Shown: positions 26,491 to 38,044 of the stretch, in pieces
Numbering within the stretch: the stretch's first letter is position 1
Layout of the letters: each line of letters opens with the position of its first letter
Translations under genes and position numbers: made by a program
DNA from: Camelus ferus
Lineage: Eukaryota
DNA length: 64,000 nucleotides
NCBI RefSeq assembly: GCF_009834535.1
Contig: NC_045697.1
Location: 31,064,001 to 31,128,000, forward strand
Reading direction: 5' to 3'
Notes under the pieces: model-generated
Told to the model about the DNA's origin: nothing
The model's database searches: none
What the model saw: only the letters and a program-made list of their open reading frames with translations

Positions 26491-27810
26491 TATTTTTATG
26501 ATTTGGTGCTTGGAGTAAGTTTGCAATCTCCCTGTGACTCATTTGCCCTGTCAGTGAAACTGGAATAATAATATCTATAGCATTGTATGTTGTGAGGATT
26601 ATAGTGATAATAAATCCATTCATCTGATACAATACCTGTAGCATAAAAATCATCAGTGAGTATTTTTTCTGCTTCCAGTGTCAGGGGGGGCTATGAATAA
26701 AATTGTCAATATTAAAATCTTCCACCTAATGAGACTTGCTATTTCCTTCAATAATTTATCCAGATCTCCTTCCTAATGGCTGAATCTCCAAAATCCAATA
26801 ATCAGCTCCAATAAAGAGTGCTGGTATCAAAGCAAGCAGTGTCTGATGAAGAACATTTCCGGAAATATTTTTATTTTTTTCCTTCTGCTCACACTGTGAT
26901 CAATCTTGTTTGAAAACACCTGTGTTTATTTCTTATTTGAATATGCAATCAATATCAAGTCTTCCTTTACAAAATTACATGGGTCATCCCAAACAGTATA
27001 GGACATACTTGAAAAAGATGACTATTAAGGTCTTGAGCACTATTCTTCACACCTGCTGCTGCAGGCTTCATGTGCTGTACAATTTAGTTCCTTATATTAA
27101 AGCAACCTAATTTGGGGAAATTTGAGAAGAGGTGGGAAGGCAGCATTTTCTTGCTTTTGAAATCTTATGGTTATTTGTTTGTTGGCTTTGAAGTTGAGCT
27201 GAAAAGCTAGCCAGATTCCTTTGTGGAGCACACAGACAAATTCAACCTCCGGCTTTCTTTAGACGTTTCAAACATTTTCATTTGTGTTTTTCTTTTCATA
27301 TAACACAAAGCACCTCCCTCATTCGGCCATGCTTAATATCTGGTATTCAGGGTAATTTCTAAGCTTGTTTGACAATAAGAGACAAAGCAAATTGCAAGTT
27401 AAGAGGTAGGAAACAGTGGGAAAGGGAGATGAGACACACTAGGTTGATAAAGATCAGGCAAATCTTTCTTTAGGGCACTTGCTTCTTTCTATACTCTTTC
27501 CATTTCTTCATTAGCAACTTGGGGGAAAGTCTTTCTCACAAGTAATTGTATCAAGGTCTTGAAAGAACAATATGTTTCATGCCAGCCTTACTAGAATTAC
27601 CCTTATTTTGTGTTTATAAAGGAAGCCAATAAGCACAATGAGGAAGATTTAGTCCAATTACCAGAGGTTTGAGTGTATTCTTGACAGTGGCATACATTTG
27701 TTCAGGTTGAGCTGGCTGATCTCCAAGTTTCCTGTCTGTTTGAAGATTGTGTAACTTGAAGTTCTTTTACTTTTATACCTATGATCCATGACCTTAAAAT
27801 CAATCAGTCA

Positions 27811-27869
<59 letters not shown>
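27811..27869. repeat. (ATCT)14 tetranucleotide microsatellite
   Basis: 14 perfect ATCT units followed by ATC. Confidence 0.97.
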
Positions 27870-28579
27870 ATAGACTCAATAATGAAGTCTTCCCCACTTC
27901 TAAGCTCTCCTTATCTGAATTCCTGGAACTTGTGAATATGTTACCTTACAACAGAAGGGACTTTGCAGACATAATTAGATAGGGATCTTGAGGTGGAAAG
28001 GTTATCCTGGGTTATTGGATGGGGCCAGTGTAATCGCAGGAGTCCTTATATAAGAAGGAAGCACGAAGGTCAGAGTCAGAGAGGAGTTGTGACCATGGAA
28101 ACAGAGGATGTTAGAGTATACAGCTGACCCTTAAACAATGCGGGACATAGAGGCAGTGACCCTCTGCACAGTGGAAAACCCTGTATAATTTATAGTCTGC
28201 CCTCCTGATCCATGGTTCTTTTGTGCCTGCAATTTGGCATCTACGGATTCAACCAACCTCAGATCAGATGGTATAGTACTGTAGTGTTTACTATTGAAAA
28301 AAATCTGTGTGTAAGTGGACCTGTGCAGTTCAAACCTGTGTTGTTCAAGGGCCAACTGCACTTTGAAGATGGAGGAAGGGATGGACATCCAAAGAATTCA
28401 GGTGACTTCTAGGACTGGGAAAGGCAAGGTAATGGAGTCTCCCCTAGAGCCTTTGAAGGGAGTGTGGCCCTGACAACACCTTGATTTCTGCCTCCAGGAT
28501 TGCAAGGTCATTCATTTCTATTGGTTTAAGTCACTACGTTTGTGGTAATTTGGTGCAGCAGCCCTAGAAAACTAATACA
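27870..28579 (+). mobile_element. MLT1C/MLT1D MaLR solo LTR, interrupted by a MITE
   Basis: cctggaacttgtgaatatgttacctta...gggactttgcaga; ends gtttgtggtaatttg...gaaaactaataca. Confidence 0.85.
28121..28358. mobile_element. MER8/Tigger2-family MITE (238 bp)
   Basis: TIRs CAGCTGACCCTTAAACAA / revcomp CAGTTGGCCCTTGAACAA; TA on the left, CA (mutated TA) on the right. Confidence 0.88.
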
Positions 28580-28718
28580 GTGTTTATATCAAATACCTAT
28601 ATATTTATGAAACTTTAGGATTCATAAATCCTGTATCTGTCCCTGTAACTTATTTCTCTACCAAATGAGATGGAGGATTGAGAGACTCAAGAGTCAGGAC
28701 ATGACCAAGAATATCGTA

Positions 28719-28801
28719 TAAAGATTTGAGTTATACAATTTAAGATTTGGGTTCTATGATTAAAGATTTGAGTCTATGATTAAAGACTTGAGTTCTGTGA
28801 T
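28719..28801. repeat. Minisatellite, 4 x about 21 bp (taaagatttgagttctatgat)
   Basis: Units at 28719, 28740, 28761 and 28781. Confidence 0.85.
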
Positions 28802-31089
28802 TTACTAAGATTGAATACTGGCTCCATCACGTGCTGCTTCTCTGACTTTAGGCTTGTCACACATTTCTCTGTTATCCTCCTCTGAAAAGTGAAGACCAAG
28901 ATAGTACCTACTTTCCTTATAGATTTAAAGGACACAATGCTCATAAAACATATAACAGCTTCTGGTGCCAACTCCCAGGCTTCCCATAAATGCTCTCCGG
29001 CAACTTCTTCCTCTAAATACAGTGTTTAGAATCTGGAGAAGAGTACACTCAGGTGAGGTTGGGATCATGACACTGAGAATAGTCAGAGGGACAGATGAGT
29101 TAACCCTGGAAGCCTGAGGAGGAGGCAGGAATGGGGGATCTGCCTGAGGCTGGGTCTAGTTGTCTCAACCTCTGAGTTTTCACTGGCTTTGAAACTGATT
29201 CTTAATCTATCCTGGGAGTTCCACAGAGATTGACATCACTTCTCTTCATAACACTGGAATTTATAAAAGTGGCAAGCTCAGGTGAGATGCAGGTATTTCA
29301 ACCTTTAAAGTAGATTCTTATCACACCCTAACCCACTAAAAAGGATTGAGGACATTTAGCTGATTAGTCAGGCATTTTCTTTGATGTAGAAAATCCAGGA
29401 AAATTTTAATATTTTATTGTTGGATTTTTATTTACGATTTAGGAGAGTGGAAAGGAAAGGGCTCCTTTCCCTTTAAGAAAGCACCTGGCTTTTTATAAAA
29501 TAAAAAGATGCAAGGTGTTATGAAAATGGTCAAGGCAGGACTAGTCACTTATTATTCTGACGCCATTGTTCAATATTTTAGTTCAGTTTCTTCTGGTTTT
29601 GCAACTTGAATCTTTCATAGGATGAGAGGGAAAATATATTTTCATTTGTAGGATGTTTCTGATTCATTTGCTGCTTGGGTTATCACTGTGGTGTGCACAT
29701 CACTTTGGGATTGGATGCTCCCGAAATGATGATTTTGGCACTCATTTTAGTATTGGTTTTATCTGTAGAGACGAGCAGAATTGCAAATGCTGATAAATGA
29801 TGTTTGTGACAATTTCTGTAGAAACCAAAGTATTCCTATTGGAAGAGGGAGGCTTTTGTTTGCTAGGAAGGTGATTTCCATGCGATTCTAGTCCCTGCTC
29901 TTCGAGCTGTGTGATTTCAGGCGATGAGGATAGCTGGTGTGCATAATTTACAGTGTCTTCAGGTGCATTTTACATATGATCCTACAACTCCCTTATGTAC
30001 TTGGTTACAGCTACACCCATGTTAAAGAAGAGAAAGCGTAGTCCCAGGAAGTTCATGCAGCTCCTAAGTGCCAAAGCAATAGCTCCAGATGGATTTTCTT
30101 TCCATTGCACCATGTTGCTTCCTAGAACAAAAGTTTGATTCAAATTATTAAGCTGTGAGTCTCAATTTCCTCCCATATAAAGTGCATATGGACTAGATGT
30201 GACGTTACAAACTCAGACTTAAAGGGGCAGTGCACACAATGTTAATTGAAAGAAATTGCCTAGATATAAGGGAATGGTATTAAATGTGGCAGTGAGAGAC
30301 TTTACCATCTAAAGGCAGGAGTTGCTGTCAAGCTCTTGGTGTTGTTTTGGAGAGGAATCCAACAAAACCAGGGTTGTCAAATTTTCTGGTTTTTAAAGAG
30401 AGAACAAAACTCTAGATTTTTCAAATGAAACCTTCCTGTGTTTAATTAATGCTGAATTGACAGAACTATGACCCCTTTCTAAGCTCCTTACGGAGGGGGT
30501 CACCTTCATTTCCATGAACTCTGATATGTCATAAAATCAGTATCGTTTCAGTTAAACTTTCTGGAAAAATATATTTCCTTGGTTTGAAGGGTTCATTAGA
30601 TTCATTGACTTTCATTTAATGTCTAAGCTAACTCAATAATTGATTTGGACAAATAGGTAATTCCTAAAAAGTTAAAGGAAATGAAGTACAATGACTGAAA
30701 TAAAATGAAATCCATTTATGTACGTGATCTTGGAGCTTGTGAAAACAGAACACACACTGTAGAAATCTTTGCACGCAGATACTCTGTTCATGTGTTTCTT
30801 CCACGCCACCAAGGGGGCACCTGAACTTAGGATTTTAATGACATCTTATATGCATGCTCTACTTCATTGTTTTCACTCTCAGAACTGATGGCACATCCAA
30901 CCAAATGTAAGTGGTAATTTAACTCATTAAAGAAATTTATTGTTTGATAATCATGTAATTATTATGTTAAACTTTACCATTCAAACTTATGAAGTTGAGG
31001 ACATATGTGAATTTGGACTTGTTGGTTATAATAATGGTGGTGACAGTGCTGACCCTGGTGTGTATCCAAAACGTTTTTGAAAAATGATG

Positions 31090-31620
31090 TTAATAATAAA
31101 GAAATACCATTGGTTGAGTGTTTATTATGCATCAGGCTTCATGTTAAAGGAGTTTCCATTCACTAGTTTAATCCTCACAAATTCCCATGAAGTAGCCATT
31201 GATGTCTATTTTACAGATAAGAAAACTGACTTAAAGAGATTAATTATGCATTCCAAGATTATTCAGTTACTAAGAGGCAGATTCAAACAAGTTTTCATTA
31301 AATGTACGGAGAAGGGGTCAGAATGTATTTACTGAGCATCTACTAAGTACCAGGTCATATTCTGGGTTCTTAGTTTAGTGAATAAAAGTAATTCCTGCTT
31401 CACCGGGGTTATATTTTATTTGTGGGGATAGACAGTAAACCAATGAACACACGCAATAGAATGTCCAGCAGTACTGGATACTCTAAAGGAAAGAGCTGGG
31501 TCAGAGGGTAAGCGTCTGTTTTACATGGGATGATGAGGGAAGATCTGTCCGAGGGGGTGACATCTGACCAGAGATATTAGAATGAAGTGGAGGGATGAGC
31601 AACGGGAGTTTCTAGGACAG
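31090..31620 (-). mobile_element. MIR followed by L2 3' fragment
   Basis: ttttacagataagaaaactgac (MIR); tatttactgagcatctactaagtaccagg (L2). Confidence 0.7.
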
Positions 31621-32829
31621 TCCGTCTGACAGTCCCCCCGTGGTACAATTCACCATTAGTTCTAGAATGGTACCGGCTATTGATTGATTGTATTTAAGAG
31701 GGTCATGTAGTATCTTCCTAAGGCATGAGCAAGGACTTAAGAGGCAGAACCAGGTTAAAATTCTGGTTCTGCTCCTTTTTTCCCCTGAGGTATTTGGATC
31801 CTTCAGTTTATTTTCAAGCTTTAGTTTCCTTGGCTGTAAAATTTGGATGATAATCCTTACTTCTTATGATAAGTGAAAATTGCACCAAGTTCCCCCTTGC
31901 AGTCCTGGAATTGCATATATATATGTATATATATGTAGGATTCATGCAACAGTTATAATAACTATTTTTATAACCTATGTCTTACAGAGGGACACGGAAA
32001 AGTTCCCATTGGTATTTCGTGGTCAAATTGTGGGGAGAGGGTATGGCACAGAAATTGCCATTGATCCTCAGAACTGAATAGGACATACGGTTAAAATGGA
32101 AACATATCCCGGAAATAAGCCAGGAGATGAGCCTGGTGTGAATGAAGTCAGTTTTCAAATCAGGGTAGTTAAAAGTGCAAGAATGAAAATTCAGAAGGTG
32201 ATCTGAAAGCAAGGCGGGTGGTTTGTCTGTGTGTGTGTGTGATTATTAACTTATTTAAATTTAACGTTAAGAGGCATCCCGGCATCTGCATATAGCTAGA
32301 GGGGTTTACAGAGTAGCATGGAGAGGGAGAGAGAGAGATAAATTCCTGCCAGGGGCATGGCGTCTTCTACATAAAATGGTGATTCCTGGAGCCAGTGGAT
32401 TGGCCCAATGCCTGATAATCAAGAAATCTGGGTCTGGTCCCAGTTTGCCTTCCGACATGCTGCAGTGGCTCTGAGCTAATCACTTCACTTCTTTGTCTTC
32501 AGACAGAGGAAAAAAGATCTCTACCCTTTGTCCATTTCAAAGGAATCTTTTTAGACTGAAAAAAAACTAAGGTTGAAAAGGCCCCTCCTATGACGTTACT
32601 TACTGTTAAATGTGGGATTGTAATTCAGTAAAGAGGCAAACCTCTTTAAATCACCCACAGTATCTCACGGTTGTTGACTTAGGTCTGTAGCAGTCTGCAT
32701 TTTGGCAACAGCTTCATCCTGGGCAGGGACAGCAAAACAGCAGTGTGGTTCAAGGGTTCAGCCGGCTCAGTGGAGACACACGGACTTGGGACATTGTGCA
32801 TCTGGGCTCCGATTATCTTTCTCGTTTTC

Positions 32830-33220
32830 TTTTTTTTAAACAACTTTGTTGTGATATAATTTTCTGTACAGTAAACTACAATTATTTCAGATGTACAATT
32901 TGATGAATTTTTATAATATACGTACCTATGAAACTACCGCCACAATCACGATACCTAATATTCCCATCACTCCCCAAAAGGTGCAAATCTCAATCTCTGT
33001 TTATCCCTACCTACCCCTTTTACCCCCTGGTAGCCATAAGTCTGTTCTCTGTGTCTGTGAGTCTGTTTCTTTTTTGTAAGCAAGTTCACTTGTGTCTTTT
33101 TTTTTAGATTCCACATATAAGCAGTATCATGTAGTATTTTTTTTTTTTTCTCTTTCTGGCTTATTTCACTTAGAATGACGATCTCCAGGTCCATCCATGT
33201 TGCTGCAAATGGCATGATTT
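32830..33220 (-). mobile_element. Composite L1: old L1M 3' terminus joined to a younger L1 3'UTR segment, within a MIR
   Basis: aacaactttgttgtgatataat...cccatcactccccaaaag, then gcaaatctcaatctc...ctgtgagtctgtttc...ccatccatgttgctgcaaatggc. Confidence 0.75.
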
Positions 33221-34347
33221 CTAGCTTTGCTGTAATCTTAACTCTGTCACTTTGTCTAGGACACTTGTTCCCTCTGAGCCTTAAGTTTCTTGATCTATAA
33301 ATAAAGACACTAACAGCATGTAAGTTATTGGGAGGATTAAGTGAATGTAAAATTATTAACATTATATCTGCCTTTATTTATTTGTTATTTATTTATATTG
33401 ACATTTTAAAATATTACTTTTTATTTTATTTTTTGGTTTTGTTTAAGACCTGAGTTCCTAGGGTTGTCTGGAGTCCCTGATTTCAGGAGACTTTCTCAAA
33501 CCAGTGCCAGACTGGACAGGCAAAGGGTGGAGAGGAAATAACCGACTGGCTCTGCTCCAGCCAGGGCTGCTGGGTCTGCACTAAGCTGACCCTCTTTTTG
33601 GCCTAAATTCCAGTGTCAGTTCCCGTGGATGTGAGGGCTTCAGCATTGTCCCAGGATGACTTGGTGACTACAGTACTTACTGCTTCACAGTGGCTCTCGC
33701 TGGACAAGGTTCAGGTTGCGGACATACACTGGCTGCATAGCAACCCCTTAGTCTCGTTCACAGCGATTTCCATCCCTTGTCAACACATCTGTGTTTGCCG
33801 CAGGTTGTTGTGAGGATTGGGGGCAAACCAAAGATTCATCTTTTTGCATCAATGGTAAGGAAGAAATGGCTTGCTTTTACTAACATCTAGGTTGGCTCTC
33901 TCAGAACAAGCAGGCTGCAAATCCCAGTGGCTTCTCATTGCTGTCTCAGATGCCTCCATCCTTCATTCCGCTATTCCCATGGTAACCCTCAGGAAAGGAG
34001 AAGAGGGACAGCTCATCACCGAGAGGCTATTTTTAGATTTCTGGCCAGATGCTTTGACAAATCTGTTGAGGGAGAAAAAATGAGGCAAATGTAGAAGAGG
34101 TTTTTTTTTTCCCCCAAAGACAATATCATTTAAAATTCATATTATAAAACTGGAAACAACCTTGAGAAATCATTCAACCTACTTCTAACTCTAGAAAGAT
34201 TTACTTTCAAATCATACCAAAACTTGTTCAATAAGATCATTTCTAGAAAATTTTACTTAGTAGCCTATTCTACTAGGTAACCATATTTCCTACCTTGAAT
34301 TCCATATTCAATCTCGTTTCCCAGACCAAGGGATTTGGGAATGAGAC

Positions 34348-34472
34348 TGAGCCAGATTGCTCACGTGGGGACTACACAACCCTGGGGGCATCATTTGTTT
34401 GCACTATATGAATAATGATACTCCCTAGGTTTGTGCTGTGCATGTCCTGGGTGACTATCTGCATTGATCCTG
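34348..34472. mobile_element. MER91-like palindromic hAT MITE
   Basis: Inverted arms actacacaaccctgggggcatcatt (34371-34395) and aatgatactccctaggtttgtgctgt (34414-34439). Confidence 0.6.
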
Positions 34473-34474
34473 CT

Positions 34475-35020
34475 TTATTTTTAAAATATGTAAACCCTTC
34501 TCATCTTCTTTAAAAACCTTCAGGAATTTCCCATTGCTCTTATATTAAAGCCCTTAGATCTTTAAAGTGGCTATTAAATCTAACATGATATTGATCCTGC
34601 ATACCTGTCCAGAATCATTTAGTATTACTGTAATTCTCCTTCCTGTGTTTCAGCAAAAGACCTTCTTTCAGGGTCTCAAACATGCCATCTTCCTCCATTT
34701 CAGGACCATTGCACTTACCATAGTATCTTTCCCCATTTTCTCTGTCTAGTTAATTTCTGTAACTCCTTCTTATCCTTTCAATCAGAGCTCAAATACCAGA
34801 AAACACTTTCTACAATGGCCTCTCCTAACAACTTGTGCATTTCCTTTGCAGCACTTAATGGTCTGTCATTCTGTATTTGTTTATGTAACATCTTAGTTTT
34901 TCATTACTTAAGACTATGAGTTCCATGTTGTTAGGGCGTTACATTGCTCACCATTATATCTAGTGCCTGGCACTGTGTTTGGCAAATAAATTATTCTAAT
35001 GACTGTATAAATGACTAGCA
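34475..35020 (+). mobile_element. L2 LINE 3' fragment
   Basis: tcaggaccattgcactt; agactatgagttccatg; tatatctagtgcctggcactgtgtttggca. Confidence 0.7.
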
Positions 35021-35079
35021 GTTATTTTAAGAGGATGTAAACCTGGTTGCTCTGTTAAATCAGGCTGCCTATGTGAGTT

Positions 35080-35392
35080 TACCAAGGCTCCCCAAAATAT
35101 AAAGTGCATCCAGATTACCCAGATATCTTATTAAAGTGCAGATTCTGATTCAGTAGATCTAGGGTGAAGCTCATGATTCTGCATTTTCAACTGGTATCTA
35201 ACTAGCTCTAGAACTTGGTTGCACATTAGAATTGCCATAGGAGCTTTCAAAAAAAAAAAAAAAAAACCTCAATTCTGAGGCCTCACTCTGGTGATTCTGA
35301 TTTAATTGGTATGTGCTTGGCCTGGGCTTTGGGGTTTTTTTTAAAGTGCCCTAGTTTATTCTAATATCCAATACTCCTGGGGATCCATTGAT
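35080..35392. mobile_element. Adjacent MER5-family MITEs
   Basis: gcagattctgattcagtagatctagggtg; gattctgatttaattggt...ggcctgggc. Confidence 0.7.
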
Positions 35393-37489
35393 TCCAGGCA
35401 AAGCTCATCCACAACAGTTGGTAAAGGGATACTTTCATTACTCTTTGCATTAGACAGCATTTAACTTGGCCACCTGATAAGAGTTCATCTTCTTACTATT
35501 TTTCAAATGTGTTTCTCTTAGGGACAGACAGAAAAATGGTACCAAGTATTTGTTATATGAGCAGAAAGAAGCCTATGTGAGGGTTAGTGTGGCAACAGAA
35601 TGGTCCAATCTTAAACTTTTCCACTTTTTCTGATGCAGGAAGTATATTTCTTATCAAATATTTCAAAAGTAAGTGTATTATTTTAAAAAGTGGCACATTT
35701 TGGTAGAAACAAATGCAGTTATAGCAGCCTTTGCAGCCGGAGAAATAATGCATAATTACTCAAATAATATCATCAGGAAAAAGAAAACTTCGGTGCTCTT
35801 CCAACAGCTGCAGCAGGCACAGTGAGTTCCTTGATTCCTGACTTGTCCATAATCATGAACATGAAGAGGAGCCTGAGGCTTTGAAGAACAATGTTTCTTA
35901 GTCTAATGCAAAGTAATAACCCCCTTTTCTTGTCATTAATTACACTAATCATTTCCATTGGCTTATTTTTGCTTGTGTTTTTAATCTTAAAAGTTCCCCG
36001 ATGTGGAGTGCTGTATAACTCAGCACAGTACTGTATTTCAAGCCCTACACTCGTTGTTTACGTATTCTCACTTACTTAGCAAACCTATTAGGTAGCTACT
36101 CCTATTACCACATTTTACAGATGTGAAAACTGAGGCTTAATAGTTTATTAGCTTCCCAAAGACACAGATGGCCAGTGGCAGAGTCCAGGTTTATATGGAA
36201 TACCTCCCTGTAACTCTCCCTTCCCCAATGTTAATAAAATAGCAATTTGTAAGCCAAATTCAGCCTTCAGATATATTGATCCAGGGGTCTCAATACATTT
36301 TTTTGTGAGGTGCCATGATTTAGAAAGCAGAAAATTTCCTATAAAAATCCAGATTTCAAGTTTATGTTTATAATAATCATATCCGACAACACTGAATGAC
36401 ATGCCTGCAAGCCTGAAGCTTGCCTAAAGCTGAGTTAGGTTTTTCCCTTTCAAATGACCCTCTCCCTGCCTCTCATGAATATCTCTTACTTCTGACCTGC
36501 TCCAGCATTTATGACTCCTGCTTGGCCCCTCCAGGCCTCTAGGCTTTCAACTTAACCTCTAAACTCTATTGAGGAAAGAAATGATTCTTAAATTTTATCA
36601 TCAGGAAAAAAAAAAAAATCCTCTCTCTTGGTGAAGTGGAGACCATTGCATCACTGTTTTCATCACTTCATACCTTTCTAGGACCATCTGTATGTTTGCA
36701 TCAGCAGAGTGATCCCATTTCTTTGAATGCAATGTGGTGGAGCTTAGTATCCTACCTTCAGGTTCTAGTATTTAGCTGTCTGGAGTGGTTTTCAATCAAA
36801 GTTTTGACCTCACAGGGGTTTCCAAGTTGTGTGGTTGTGTTTCAACAACTGTAGCCCTGTAGAGACTCACATATCCCTTGATCTCATGGTATCGAGTTGT
36901 GTGTGTTCTGCTCAGTCTCCTTCAAGTAAGAATGGGGTAAGGAGGAGAAGGATGATGGCAGGACCCATCTCATGTGGCCCTAGCAGTGCTGGGCACGGCT
37001 TCCCAGGAAGGCAGTCACTGACTTCTGATGTAGCAGGAAACAAATGTAGAAAAAAAAATAAGATTTTCTCCTTAGGCATCTTCAGCCTGGTTTTGAGAGT
37101 TGCTTGCCTCTGTTTCTTGTTTCCCTTTCATGCCTGGCTTTGACCCTCTCACTGCCCAGCTTGGTGCTGGTTTCTGCGTGCTTCCTCTGAGCCACTCAGT
37201 CTTCTATTCGTCGTGGCAGAGCCTTCTCACTGCACGTTGGAGCCCTGTCACTCAACAGAGCTCATGCACACACATTGTGCTACTTAAACCTCAGAACAAT
37301 CCTATGATATAGGTCTTGTTATTCCCAGGAAATTGTAGCTCAAAAACTATAAAATCGGTAAATTGATAAGTAGAAGAATTTTCAGATGGTTAAATGCTAA
37401 CCTTGACTGTTCTGTCACATGTTTTACTTTGGGTATTAGAGGCAGATATTGTAATTGAGTGATGTCTACAAAACATGAGAAAACGAATT

Positions 37490-37677
37490 CAACCATTCTA
37501 TTTTCCACCACATGGCATCATCAATTTTAAGATATGCCATTATCTGATATGCCACTGAGAACAGAAAAAATAGTGTCAGTTAAATGATGTCATTTAAATT
37601 ATGTTGTTTGTCATCCTCATCTCAATTGCAGATGTTCCAAATTATAAAGATGTGTCTTAGAATTGACAAATATGGTG
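37490..37677. mobile_element. Tc2-type (MER104/Kanga-like) DNA transposon remnant
   Basis: Right end gtgtcttagaattgacaaatatgg resembles the recalled TIR CCGTATTTCATCGATTCTAAGA. Confidence 0.5.
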
Positions 37678-37801
37678 CTTATTCAACTTTTATTGCATGC
37701 CTTTAATGTGTTGGACATTTGCTGAAACATTAATTGTCTTAAAATGATAAGACATAAGAGAGCAAACGCCAAAATATTTACACTACAATGTTTTCCTTCA
37801 G

Positions 37802-38044
37802 CAACCATCAACTGAACTAGAATTTGACCGCGTAGTGATTTATACCACTTGCCTTCGTGTGGTCCGGACAACCTTCGAAAGATGTGAGCTGGTTAGAAAG
37901 ATCTTCCAAAACCATCGAGTAAAATTTGAAGAGAAAAACATAGCTCTGAACGGTGACTATGGAAAAGAGTTAGACGAACGGTGCCGACGGGTTTCCGAAG
38001 CTCCCTCCCTCCCTGTTGTGTTCATCGATGGCCATTATCTTGGG
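37802..38044 (+). CDS. GRXCR1: GRXCR1 (glutaredoxin and cysteine-rich domain containing 1) internal coding exon 2, 81 codons, glutaredoxin-like domain
   Basis: Acceptor tgttttccttcAG ends at 37801 and donor GTGAGT starts at 38045. The 243-nt exon translates [81 protein letters not shown], matching recalled mammalian GRXCR1 (about residues 129-209) and containing the Grx motif [11 protein letters not shown]. Confidence 0.96.

Noticed and set aside
28719..28801. CRISPR-like short repeats
   Set aside because: Head-to-tail units with no spacers, in mammalian DNA with no cas genes
30800..30822. CTCF-like GCCACCAAGGGGGCAC
   Set aside because: An extra base disrupts the core spacing; weaker than the site at 50670
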